The notes beneath the pieces were generated by a model. That model made no database searches. It was given only the letters and a program-made list of their open reading frames with translations, and was not told the DNA's origin. A stretch of DNA of 64,000 nucleotides, taken from NCBI RefSeq assembly GCF_041913825.1, contig NZ_JAYSEO010000008.1, forward strand, positions 128,047-192,046. Reading direction: 5' to 3'. The stretch's first letter is position 1. Each line of letters begins with the position of its first letter. Below, one piece after another: positions 1 to 8,686 of the stretch. This stretch comes from Phenylobacterium sp. GTDB taxonomy: Bacteria; Pseudomonadota; Alphaproteobacteria; Caulobacterales; Caulobacteraceae. Made by a program: the position numbers and the translations under genes.

Positions 1-476
1 GCGACCCGCGGGTCGGCGCTGCGGGCGGTGAGCTCCGCAGGGAACGCCAGGCTCGCCCGGTCCATCGCCTCGGCGACGAAGCGGGCGTTCTGGGCGAGCA
101 GGGCGTCATACTGGTTCTGGAACACGTCGACCGCGGCGCGCGGCTCCACGTCGCTGAAGGTCAGCAGCGGCTGTCCGGCGCGCACGAACTGGCCCTCGCG
201 CACCAGGATCTGGCGGACCGTGCCGCCCTCGCGGTGACGGAGCGTCTTACGGTTCGACTCGACGCGCACCTCGGCCGGTGCGCTGACCGCGATCGGGAGC
301 TTGGTGACCGAGGCCCAGGCGCCCAGGCCGATCACCAGCGCGCCGATGACGCCGCCGCCCACCAGCATCGGCCGGCGCATCCGCTGGCGCAGGCCCGGGT
401 CCATGGGGCCCTTGTCGTCGCCCCCGAAGGAGGGGGCCACATAGGTCGATCGGACCGGCCCGAGATCTAGCTTCAT
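1..476 (-). CDS. HlyD-family type I secretion membrane-fusion protein, N-terminal ~158 codons (gene runs off the left edge)
   Basis: Open-ended, so absent from the ORF track. My translation of the minus strand from ATG 476..474 gives MKLDLGPVRSTYVAPSFGGDDKGPMDPGLRQRMRRPMLVGGGVIGALVIGLGAWASVTKLPIAVSAPAEVRVESNRKTLRHREGGTVRQILVREGQFVRAGQPLLTF... This is a cytoplasmic tail, one TM helix, then the hairpin typical of HlyD/PrtE/RsaE. The start overlaps the upstream ABC stop (ATGA, 473-476). Confidence 0.75.
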   Translation of the reverse strand, partial: MKLDLGPVRSTYVAPSFGGDDKGPMDPGLRQRMRRPMLVGGGVIGALVIGLGAWASVTKLPIAVSAPAEVRVESNRKTLRHREGGTVRQILVREGQFVRAGQPLLTFSDVEPRAAVDVFQNQYDALLAQNARFVAEAMDRASLAFPAELTARSADPRV

Positions 477-2203
477 CGACCCGCCTCCACCGCCCGGACC
501 TCGCCGGCGGGCTTCATCAGGCGCGCCATGACCTGGTCACGGGGCCCGAACAGCTCCACGCGACCGTCGCGGAGCACCAGCATCTTGTCGGCCGAGCGGA
601 ACACGCCCGGCTTGTGCGAGATGATCACCACCGTGGCCTTGTTGGCCTTCATGGTGTCGATGGCGCGCATCAGCGCCTCTTCGCCCTCGGCGTCGAGGCT
701 GGCGTTCGGCTCGTCCAGCACCACGAAGGCGGGATCGCCCAGCATGGCGCGGGCCAGGCCCACGCGTTGCCGCTGGCCGGCGGACAGGATCACGCCGCCC
801 TCGCCCACCTCGGTGTCGTAGCCCTTCGGCATCCGCAGGATCAGTTCGTGCACGCCGGCCATCTGGGCCGCGCGGACGACCTCCTCATCGGTCACGTCGT
901 CGCGGAAGCGGGCGATGTTGTTGCGGATCGTCCCGGCGAACAGCTCGGTGTCCTGCGGCAGATAGCCCACGTGGCGACCGAAGTCGGCGCGCTCCCAGGT
1001 GAAGACGTCGGCGCCGTCGAGGCGCACCGCGCCGTTGATTGGCTTCCAGATCCCCACGAGCAGGCGGGCCAGCGTGGACTTGCCGGCGCCGGACGGGCCG
1101 ATCACGCCCAGCACGTCGCCGGGCTCGAGGCCGAAGTTGATGTTGCCGAGCACCAGCTTCTGCGCGCCGGGCGGGGCGAAGTTCACGCCTTCGACGCCGA
1201 GCTTGCCGGTGGGCCGCGGCAGGGTGGTGGAGAGCTGCGGCGGCTCGGCCTTGGCCAGCATGGCGTTCAGCCGCTCGTGCGAGCGCACCATGTTGTTCAG
1301 CGGCTCCCAGGCGCCGACGATCTTCTCGATCGGCTGCAGCGCGCGGCTCGCCAGGATCATGTTGGCGAACAGCATGCCGGAATGGATCTGGCCCTTCATG
1401 ATCAGGTAGGCGCCGATGGCGATGATCACGACCTGGATCGCCATCCGCACCGACTTGATGATGTCGGTGAACATGTTCGAGTGCTCGGCCGCGACCGCGC
1501 CGCGCTCGATGGTCACCGCCCGGTGGCCCGCCCAGGCGCGGCCGAGGGTCGGCAGCATGCCCATGGCCCGGACGACCTCGCTGTTGCGGAGCGCCGCCTC
1601 GGTGAAGGCGTAGCTCTTCAGGGCCGCATCCGTGGCCTCCTTCATCGGCGGGTGCGTGGCCTTCTGCTGCCAGATGGCGAGGCCCAGCAGCACGAAGGCG
1701 CCCAGCAGGGTCACCGCGCCCACGAGCGGGTCGATCAGGAACAGCACGGCGAGGAAGACGGGGATCCAGGGCACGTCGAAGAACACCGCCGCCCCGATGC
1801 CCGTGAGCGTCTGGCGGAAGGTGTCGAGGTCGCGCAGCGCCTGGGAGCGCGCGTTCGGCTCGCCGCGCACAGCGGCCTCGAACAGGCCCGAGAACAGGCG
1901 TCCGGACACCCGCTGGTCCAGCGCGACCCCGTAGTTGATCAGGATGCGCGCCCGGAAATCGTCGATCGCGCCGGAGACGGCGAACACGAACAGCGTCACC
2001 AGGGTCAGAGCCCAGAGGGTCGCCTGGCTGTGGCTCGTCATCACCCGCCCATAGATCTGGAAGGTGTAGAGCGGCAGCGCCAGGTAGAGGATGTTCGAGA
2101 AGAAGCTGAAGATCGCCGCGATGAACAGCGGATGCTTGCCGTCCTTCAATGCGCTGGTCAGCACATTGTCCGGGAGGTCCCTCAGGAAGGTGAAGATCTT
2201 CAT
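473..2203 (-). CDS. Type I secretion system ABC transporter (permease + ATPase), PrtD/RsaD family
   Basis: 576-aa ORF with an N-terminal 6-TM domain. Walker A GPSGAGKST, signature LSAGQRQR, Walker B FVVLDEP. No C39 peptidase domain, so PrtD/AprD/RsaD type. Translationally coupled to the MFP gene. Confidence 0.9.
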   Translation of the reverse strand: MKIFTFLRDLPDNVLTSALKDGKHPLFIAAIFSFFSNILYLALPLYTFQIYGRVMTSHSQATLWALTLVTLFVFAVSGAIDDFRARILINYGVALDQRVSGRLFSGLFEAAVRGEPNARSQALRDLDTFRQTLTGIGAAVFFDVPWIPVFLAVLFLIDPLVGAVTLLGAFVLLGLAIWQQKATHPPMKEATDAALKSYAFTEAALRNSEVVRAMGMLPTLGRAWAGHRAVTIERGAVAAEHSNMFTDIIKSVRMAIQVVIIAIGAYLIMKGQIHSGMLFANMILASRALQPIEKIVGAWEPLNNMVRSHERLNAMLAKAEPPQLSTTLPRPTGKLGVEGVNFAPPGAQKLVLGNINFGLEPGDVLGVIGPSGAGKSTLARLLVGIWKPINGAVRLDGADVFTWERADFGRHVGYLPQDTELFAGTIRNNIARFRDDVTDEEVVRAAQMAGVHELILRMPKGYDTEVGEGGVILSAGQRQRVGLARAMLGDPAFVVLDEPNASLDAEGEEALMRAIDTMKANKATVVIISHKPGVFRSADKMLVLRDGRVELFGPRDQVMARLMKPAGEVRAVEAGR

Positions 2204-2401
2204 GCGCCGCGCCGCCGTCCGTCCTGCCGCCCAAGATAGCCTAAAGGTGGCTTAATTGCGGTGAATGCGGAGGGCTCTAGACCACCCGCTTCTCGCCCGG
2301 AACGCCCGGAGCGGCGCGACAGATGCTTCCGGCCCCTACTTATGTCAATGGCGGGGGCCGGCCCCGCCGCCGGCATGGGACGCAACGCCTCAGGAGTACG
2401 G

Positions 2402-3196
2402 ATGTCCAGAGTGGCGATCATCGGCAGTTGCATCACGCGCGACCTCTGGCCGGTGCGCGGCGACGGGCTGGAGGACCTGCTCTACATCTCCCGCACCAGC
2501 TTCCCGAGCCTCGTCTCCGAGCCCGTCCAGGGCTTCGAGCCCGCGCCCGCACCGCCCGAACCGCTCCGCCAGCACCAGCATCGAGCCCTGCTGGACGACG
2601 TCCTCAAGACCGCCCTCGCCAGGCTCGTCGCCTTCCGGCCCACCCATCTGATCTTCGACTTCATCGACGAGCGTTTCGATCTGCTCGCCGCCCGCGGCGC
2701 GCTGGTGACCCGGAGCTGGGAGCTGGAGGTCAGCGGCTACCTGTCGCAGCCGGCGTTCGAACGCGCCCGGCGGATCCCGCGTCTGTCGGCGGCCTGCGAG
2801 CAAATGTGGTTCGAGGCGGTGGGCGAGTTCGCCGCCCTCGTCCGGGCGACGCCGCTGTCGACCGCGCGGCTGATCCTGCACAGCGCGCGCTGGGCCGGCG
2901 TCCGCCGCGACGCCGAGGGCGTGGAGCGGCCGGTACCGGGCGTGGAGATCCTCGCCGGGGACTGGGGCGAGCTGTCGGTCCACAACGCGCTGCTGGCCCG
3001 TTACGAGGCGGCGTTCCGCGCGGTGATGCCGCCGATCTCGACCGTGGCCGCGCCTGCGCAGCGGATCGCAGACGAGACCCACCAGTGGGGCTACAGCCCC
3101 TTTCACTACGTTCCCGACTACTACGCGGAGATCTGGCGCCAGCTCCACGGCCTGGGCGTCAGCGCCCTCGCCGCGCCCAGTGCTCCAGCGGCGTGA
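2402..3196 (+). CDS. Hypothetical protein, resembles DUF6270-type proteins of glycan loci
   Basis: Frame of ORF 2261..3196. The start is placed at ATG 2402 (MSRVAIIGSCITRD...), preceded by AGGAG 6 nt upstream. The family call is from memory and unverified. Confidence 0.55.
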   Translation: MSRVAIIGSCITRDLWPVRGDGLEDLLYISRTSFPSLVSEPVQGFEPAPAPPEPLRQHQHRALLDDVLKTALARLVAFRPTHLIFDFIDERFDLLAARGALVTRSWELEVSGYLSQPAFERARRIPRLSAACEQMWFEAVGEFAALVRATPLSTARLILHSARWAGVRRDAEGVERPVPGVEILAGDWGELSVHNALLARYEAAFRAVMPPISTVAAPAQRIADETHQWGYSPFHYVPDYYAEIWRQLHGLGVSALAAPSAPAA

Positions 3197-4352
3197 GGCC
3201 GGTGCGCGCCAGCTCCGGGTTCGCGGCCAGGTAGGCGGCGGTCGGGAAACCCGGCCGCGCCTCGCTGATCGCCCAGGCGCCGCCACGCAGGTAGTCGAGC
3301 AGCGGATCGGCGCCGGGCGCGAGGTCGGCGCCCCGCTGGGCGGCGTAGTGCGGGATGTCGAACCAGGGGCTCGGATTGCGGCCCTCCGCAGCGCCGGCCG
3401 CCACGTAATGGGTCAGCGGCTCGCTGCCCGCGGCGGCGATGTCCGGGTTCTGCGCCAGGTACCAGGCGGGATCGAACAGCGGGTGGGGCGACAGGCCCGC
3501 CCGCCAACCGTCCGTGAGATAGTGCAGCAGCGGCGCGCCCGGCGGCAGGTCCGGCGATTGCGCCGCATACCAGGCGGGATCGAACAGCGGGTGCGGCGAC
3601 AGCCCGGCCTTCCACCCAGAGCGCAGGTAGTGGATCGCAGGGTCCTCGCCCGGCGCCAGCTCCGGCTCCTGGGCCAGGTAGTGGGCGACGTCGAACAGCG
3701 GGTGCGGGTTGGCGCCCCGCCCCGCCCCCAGGCGGACGAAGTGCTCGAGCGGCGTGACGCGCATCTCCGCGATCTCGCCGGCGTGCTGCGCCCCGTACCA
3801 GCCCGAAAGGAACAGCGGGTGCGGCGAGCGGCCTGCGGCCGCCCCGCCGGTCAGATAATCCACCAGCGGCGGCAGCGAGGTCTCGGCCCCATAGGTCTCC
3901 AGGTACCAGTCCTGCAGCACCGGCGCGGGCGGCTGGAGCCCAGGGTCCCGGCCATCCCGCACATAGTCGGCGATGCGCCGGCGTTCGGCCTCGCCCTGCC
4001 CTCGCCACAGACCCGAGCGGGCGATGAGCCGAGCCCGGCCGCTGGCGCCGCGCCACGTGAGCAGGCGCCCGACCGCGCGCTCCAGCCGGGTCAGTCCCCG
4101 GAGCTCCGGCGGCGCGCCGTCGCGGAGGCGCGCCAGCGCTTGGCGCCGCAGGCGGGCCTCGACCTCGGCTCGGCCTCTCAGCGCCTCCGTGAGGGCGAGG
4201 GTCAGTTCGCTGCGGGTGACCGCCTCGCGGACCTGCACCTGCTGGCCCAGCGCGCCGATCGCCTTCAGGTCGGCGATGCGGGCGGCGATCGCGTCCACCC
4301 TGGCGATCACGCCGGCGACGGCGGGGTCCTCGTCTGGAGCTGCTGCGGCCAA
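3159..4352 (-). CDS. Coiled-coil + tandem-repeat protein (7-8 units of a ~36-aa PLxHY..G..GR.P.PLFD..WY repeat)
   Basis: 397-aa ORF. The N-terminal ~120 aa are heptad-like and charged. The rest is repeat units, e.g. APLLHYLTDGWRAGLSPHPLFDPAWYLAQNPD. High GC3. Confidence 0.7.
   Translation of the reverse strand: MAAAAPDEDPAVAGVIARVDAIAARIADLKAIGALGQQVQVREAVTRSELTLALTEALRGRAEVEARLRRQALARLRDGAPPELRGLTRLERAVGRLLTWRGASGRARLIARSGLWRGQGEAERRRIADYVRDGRDPGLQPPAPVLQDWYLETYGAETSLPPLVDYLTGGAAAGRSPHPLFLSGWYGAQHAGEIAEMRVTPLEHFVRLGAGRGANPHPLFDVAHYLAQEPELAPGEDPAIHYLRSGWKAGLSPHPLFDPAWYAAQSPDLPPGAPLLHYLTDGWRAGLSPHPLFDPAWYLAQNPDIAAAGSEPLTHYVAAGAAEGRNPSPWFDIPHYAAQRGADLAPGADPLLDYLRGGAWAISEARPGFPTAAYLAANPELARTGLTPLEHWARRGR
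3162..3980 (-). repeat. Coding tandem repeat array, ~108-nt period
   Basis: accaggcgggatcgaacagc occurs at 3461 and again at 3569 (108 nt apart). There are 7-8 degenerate protein-level units from aa ~125 to the C-terminus. Confidence 0.8.
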
Positions 4353-4424
4353 GTCTCCGGGCGCGGAAAACCGCCGCCCCTCCCCTAGTTCGATGCCGTT
4401 GTCTCGGACCCCGTCACGGCCCTG

Positions 4425-5462
4425 TCAAGCAGCGGCGCTGGGACCCTCACGCGCCAGCCAGGCCTGGTACCCCGCCGGGCCGGAAACGAACGGGTCGGGG
4501 AAGGCGGCCTGCAGGTCCGCCCGCTCGCGGTAGAGTTCCCGGTGCGCCTTTTCGATCGGCGCGCCGTCCTGATAGGCGCCGAAGGCCCAGTAACGCTCGG
4601 GGATCGCCGGGTCCGTGCCGGCCGCCACCTCACGGCGGTACCAGTGCCAGATCTCGTAGACCGGGAAGTTCGCGCCGGCGTAACGCTTGGTCATGATGTC
4701 GGCCGTGGCGCCGAGCTTGGTGAAATGCCAGAAGCGCAGCGGCTGGCCATTGACGGTGATCGCCCCGTCCTTGCCCACCGCGACCTCGCGGGTGCTGAGG
4801 TTCCAGCTCGCCACGTTGTAGCCCGGGTCGCGCAGCACCTTCACCTTGTCGAAGAGCGCCGGCACATGGTCGCACCAGCGCTGGTCCACGAACAGGCCCG
4901 CGGGAATGTCGTCGTAGCAGTAGGACAGCAGCCGGTCGTTCCACCACTTCGCGAAGCGGGCGCCCTCGCCCGTGGTGCGGATCGCCACGAAGCCCAAATT
5001 GAAGATCCCCGTCCGCGACGCCGAGAGGTCGTTGTCGAGGATCGCCATCGGCTGGTCGTTGGGCTCGATCAGGTGCGGCGTCAGGACGATGTCGTGGCTC
5101 TCCAGCAGCTCGACCAGCGGATCGAGGCTGGCCAGCAGCGCGGTGTCCGGATCGAGATAGATCACCGCGTCGCCCCCGGAGGCGCAGGCCTGGTGGATGA
5201 ACGGCCCCTTCACGGCCGTGCACACCTCGACCACGTCATGCTTGAAGAGCCAGCTCCGGTAGTCGGGAATGCCGAGCTCGTGGGCCCAGACCACCCGGTC
5301 GAACGGCTCGTCCGGGGCCCGAAAGACGAACCCTGGCGGCGGCTCGTCGGTGATCAGCGCCACCAGCTCCCACTCGGGGTGGAAGCGGCGCAGGGTCCGG
5401 AACAGCACGCGGGCGCGGTTCAGGTAGGAGAAGGTGAAGCTGGAGTAGCAGAGGACCTTCAC
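4425..5462 (-). CDS. GT-A-fold glycosyltransferase (DXD-type, GT8-like/unclassified)
   Basis: C-terminal 345 aa of ORF 4425..5723, starting at GTG 5462 (VKVLCYSSFTFSYLNRARV...). GTGA overlap with the upstream gene stop (5459-5462). YLDPD motif. Confidence 0.7.
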   Translation of the reverse strand: MKVLCYSSFTFSYLNRARVLFRTLRRFHPEWELVALITDEPPPGFVFRAPDEPFDRVVWAHELGIPDYRSWLFKHDVVEVCTAVKGPFIHQACASGGDAVIYLDPDTALLASLDPLVELLESHDIVLTPHLIEPNDQPMAILDNDLSASRTGIFNLGFVAIRTTGEGARFAKWWNDRLLSYCYDDIPAGLFVDQRWCDHVPALFDKVKVLRDPGYNVASWNLSTREVAVGKDGAITVNGQPLRFWHFTKLGATADIMTKRYAGANFPVYEIWHWYRREVAAGTDPAIPERYWAFGAYQDGAPIEKAHRELYRERADLQAAFPDPFVSGPAGYQAWLAREGPSAAA

Positions 5463-7444
5463 CGGCCGGCCTCCTGCGTCATCAGGTCCACCGAGAGCGC
5501 GCTGAACTCGAGGTCGTAGAGCTGCGCGTCGCGGCGCGCGCGGGCCAGGTCGAGGATCCGGCCGCTCTCCAGGGCCTCGGCCAGCGCCGCCTCGTCGTCC
5601 AGCACCCAGCCGTGGCCGCCCTCGCGCACGAAGGCCTGGACGTTGCCGGTGTCGGGATTGGTGACGATGGCGCAGCCCGCCGCCACCGTCTCGTAGGCGG
5701 TGAAGGAGAAAGTCTCGCGGCACAGCGGCCAGACCAGCACTGCGTCCACCTCCAGGGCCTCCAGCGTCTGCTGCATCAGCCGGGGCTGCTCGTCCGTCAC
5801 GCGCACCTCGTGGAACGAGAGCGGCAGGCCGCCCGGCGTCTTGGCGCCGAGGTGCAGGAACTCGTAGCGATCGTCGCCCTCGTGCTTCAGCACCAGCTCG
5901 CGGAAGATCGACCAGCCCTTGTGGGCGACGGTGTGGCCCACGTAGGCCAGCCGGAACGGGCGGTCGCGACGCGGCGCCGGCGCCGGCCCGCGTGGCAGCA
6001 GGCGCGCATGCGGCAGCACCCGCTCACCCAGGGCCGGATGGTTCCAGCTCGCCTTCCAGAACTCGAGGGTGGCGCGGGCGGGCGCCACGACCGTCAGGTC
6101 GAGCCGGTTGAACAGCCGCTCGTGCTCCACGAGGTGGCGGCGGCGGTACGGGAGATAGAGGCAGATCGAGCAGGCGGCGCTGTCCGGCGCCGGCGCGCCG
6201 CAGTCCTGCACGTCGTTACGCAGCAGGTGAAAGCCCGCGCAGAGGCTGGCGAAGTCGTGCAGCCAGAACGAGCCGGCTCTCAAGCCGACAGCGCCGAGGA
6301 TCGCCGCCACCTCGTCGGCCGTGTGGCCGAGCAGGCTGTGGATGGCGAAGGTGCGCCGCCCCGGCGCGACCGCCCCGGCCGCCCCGCGCAGGGTCTCGAC
6401 GATCGCCTCCGGCCGGAAATGGCCCACCAGGCGGCCGTTCCAGAGCACGCCGAGCAGGCTCTCGTCGGCGGCCTGGCGCACCACCGGCCAGGGACCCGGT
6501 GGGAACACGTGCAGGTGGTCGCGGCCGAGGTCGGCGATGCGAGCGCTCTCGCGCTGCAGGCAGAGCTGCACGCCGCCGGTGTTGGCGGTGAAGTCGTCGT
6601 GGCTGAAGGTCACGTGCAGATCGGCCAGCCCGCTCCGCGACTTCGCCAGCGCCTTCGCCAGGACCGACGCCGGCCGGGCCTTCACCGTCGCGGCGACGTT
6701 GAGCGCATGCTCCACGCGCGCCGTCATCGGGCGTTGCTCGCGCAGGATGTCGTACCGGAAGCCCAGCTCCTGCCGCGGCGCCATGCCGAGCCCACGGCCG
6801 ACGCCGAGGTAGTGGACGAACGGGTTGATCCCGGCCTCGGCGACATCCGGATAGGCGTCCTGGTAGTCGCGGATCGAGAATCGCGGCGTCGGATCGCGGC
6901 CCTCGCGCCAACCGAACAGCAGGAAGTGGTCGAGCGGGTCGCCGCCGGCCGCCGCCACGTCCGGATAGGCGGCCATGTAGTAGTCGGCATCGAATTCCGG
7001 CCCGACCAGCTCGCGCTGCTCGAGATGGATGCGCTGGGCCTCGGCGGCGCGGCCGTCGTCGAGCACGATGGGCTCCGGCTCGCGCAGCTCCGGCGGCTCG
7101 ACGGCGTTCCAGGCGGGCGCCGCGCCCAGCCGCACGGCGGCCCGCGCCCAGGCGCCGGCGTGGACCGAAGGCGGGGCCTCGCGGCCCTCGCGGCGGCCGA
7201 CGCTCAGGTAGTGGTGCAGCGGCTCCTGCAGACGCTCGGCGACGTCCGGATTCGCCTCCAGGTAGGCGCGCGTGGAGAACCAGGGCGCCGGGTCGCGGCC
7301 CTCACGCCAGCCGAAGTTCAGGTAGTGCCGCAGGAGGTCGGCGTCGAGCGATGCGAGGTCCGGATAGGCCGCCCGGTAGAAGGCGCCGTCGAACGCCGTG
7401 GAGACGACCCGGTAGACCTCATCCTCTTGGGCCATGACGGCCAT
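5459..7444 (-). CDS. Glycosyltransferase family 4 (GT-B) with N-terminal repeat module
   Basis: The C-terminal half has a GT1/GT4 signature (RLAYVGHTVAHKGW ... ETFSFTAYETVAAGCAIVTNPDTGN). The N-terminus carries 2+2 copies of the locus repeat. The start is uncertain (ATG 7444 or 7435, TTG 7486). Confidence 0.75.
   Translation of the reverse strand: MAVMAQEDEVYRVVSTAFDGAFYRAAYPDLASLDADLLRHYLNFGWREGRDPAPWFSTRAYLEANPDVAERLQEPLHHYLSVGRREGREAPPSVHAGAWARAAVRLGAAPAWNAVEPPELREPEPIVLDDGRAAEAQRIHLEQRELVGPEFDADYYMAAYPDVAAAGGDPLDHFLLFGWREGRDPTPRFSIRDYQDAYPDVAEAGINPFVHYLGVGRGLGMAPRQELGFRYDILREQRPMTARVEHALNVAATVKARPASVLAKALAKSRSGLADLHVTFSHDDFTANTGGVQLCLQRESARIADLGRDHLHVFPPGPWPVVRQAADESLLGVLWNGRLVGHFRPEAIVETLRGAAGAVAPGRRTFAIHSLLGHTADEVAAILGAVGLRAGSFWLHDFASLCAGFHLLRNDVQDCGAPAPDSAACSICLYLPYRRRHLVEHERLFNRLDLTVVAPARATLEFWKASWNHPALGERVLPHARLLPRGPAPAPRRDRPFRLAYVGHTVAHKGWSIFRELVLKHEGDDRYEFLHLGAKTPGGLPLSFHEVRVTDEQPRLMQQTLEALEVDAVLVWPLCRETFSFTAYETVAAGCAIVTNPDTGNVQAFVREGGHGWVLDDEAALAEALESGRILDLARARRDAQLYDLEFSALSVDLMTQEAGR
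6791..7393 (-). repeat. Two blocks of the ~36-aa repeat in the N-terminus of the GT4 protein
   Basis: FDGAFYRAAYPDLASLDADLLRHYLNFGWREGRDPAPWF... and FDADYYMAAYPDVAAAGGDPLDHFLLFGWREGRDPTPRFSIRDYQDAYPDVAEAGINPFVHYLGVG. Confidence 0.7.
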
Positions 7445-7575
7445 GCGGCGTATTTTCCCTTCGCGGCGGCGCGGGCTTGTGTGCAACAGAAGGTCCTCAC
7501 GGGCAACCGCCGCCCCGCGCTTGCGACGGATGGCGGCGGCCTCTACAGCCCAGGCGCGCCGCCGCGGATTCGAGG

Positions 7576-8670
7576 ATGACCACGCAGGACCTGCCGGACA
7601 ACGCCCGCCCGACCGCCGCCCGCCGGACGGCCTACCTCGTGCTGGGCATGCACCGCTCCGGCACCTCGGCGACGACCCAACTGCTGGCCGCCGCAGGCGC
7701 GCAGTTGCCCGAGCACGTGATGCCGGGCGACGAGCACAACGCCAAGGGCTACTTCGAGCCCTGGAAGATCGCCATCCTCAATGACGAGCGCCTGCGGGCG
7801 GTCGGCTCGGCCTGGGACGACACCTTCGCCTTCCCGTACCGCCCGCTGCCGCGCAAGGACGAGCGCGCCTGGTTGACCCGCGCCACCGAGCTGTTCGACA
7901 GCGAGTACCGCTACGCCCGCTTCCCCCTGCTGAAGGACCCACGCGTCAGCGTCCTGATGCCGTTCTGGCGCACCGTGCTGGAGGACCTCGGCCTGGGCGT
8001 GCGCGCGGTGATCCCGGTCCGCCACCCGCTGGCGGTGGCGGGCTCCCTCGCCCGGCGCGACAACTTCGCGGTCGAGAAGTCCCTGCTCGTCTGGACCAGC
8101 TACATGCTGGCGGCCGAGGCCTACACCCGCGATCTGCCGCGCGCCTTCGTGAGCTACGACGGCCTGCTCGCCGATTGGCGAACCGAGGTGGCCAAGATCG
8201 AGGCCGCCCACGGCGCGCCGCTGCCCCATCTCACCGAGCGCAGCGCCCGCGAGATCGACGTCTTCCTGTCGCCCGAGCTGCGCCACAACCAGGCCCGCGG
8301 CGACTTGGCGGGCCACGGTTGGGCCGGAGACCTCACCGCCCGCGTGCTCGCCTGGTTCGAGACCGCCGCCCTCCGCCAGGCGCCGGAGACCGCCCTCCTG
8401 GACGAAGCCGCCGCCGAGCTGGGCCGCTGGCGGGAGCAGGTGGGGCCACTGGTCTCGCCGATGACCTCCGACTTCGACGTCGCCCGCGCCGACCTGCGCC
8501 ACCAGCGGGCGGTGGAGGCCGTGCTGCGCAAGACCCACGCCCGCGAGCGGGCCGAGATGGAAGCCGCGTGGCGCAGCGACGTGGTCCGTCTGGAGATGGA
8601 GCTGGACGCCATGCGCCGCCGCTGGGCGGAGCTGGCGCACCGGCTCGATTCCCTGCTCGCCGAGAGCTGA
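7576..8670 (+). CDS. Sulfotransferase-family protein with C-terminal coiled-coil-like tail
   Basis: Frame of ORF 7477..8670, ATG at 7576. PAPS 5'-phosphosulfate-binding-type motif LVLGMHRSGTSATTQLL. Charged heptad-like tail ...RAEMEAAWRSDVVRLEMELDAMRRRWAELAHRLDSLLAES. Confidence 0.75.
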   Translation: MTTQDLPDNARPTAARRTAYLVLGMHRSGTSATTQLLAAAGAQLPEHVMPGDEHNAKGYFEPWKIAILNDERLRAVGSAWDDTFAFPYRPLPRKDERAWLTRATELFDSEYRYARFPLLKDPRVSVLMPFWRTVLEDLGLGVRAVIPVRHPLAVAGSLARRDNFAVEKSLLVWTSYMLAAEAYTRDLPRAFVSYDGLLADWRTEVAKIEAAHGAPLPHLTERSAREIDVFLSPELRHNQARGDLAGHGWAGDLTARVLAWFETAALRQAPETALLDEAAAELGRWREQVGPLVSPMTSDFDVARADLRHQRAVEAVLRKTHARERAEMEAAWRSDVVRLEMELDAMRRRWAELAHRLDSLLAES

Positions 8671-8686
8671 GCGGCGCCGCCGCGCC

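Noticed and set aside
3461-3680. 108-nt DNA periodicity that could suggest a CRISPR or other non-coding repeat array
   Set aside because: The period is 36 codons inside a single open reading frame with conserved protein-level units. There are no unique spacers, no cas genes and no AT-rich leader.
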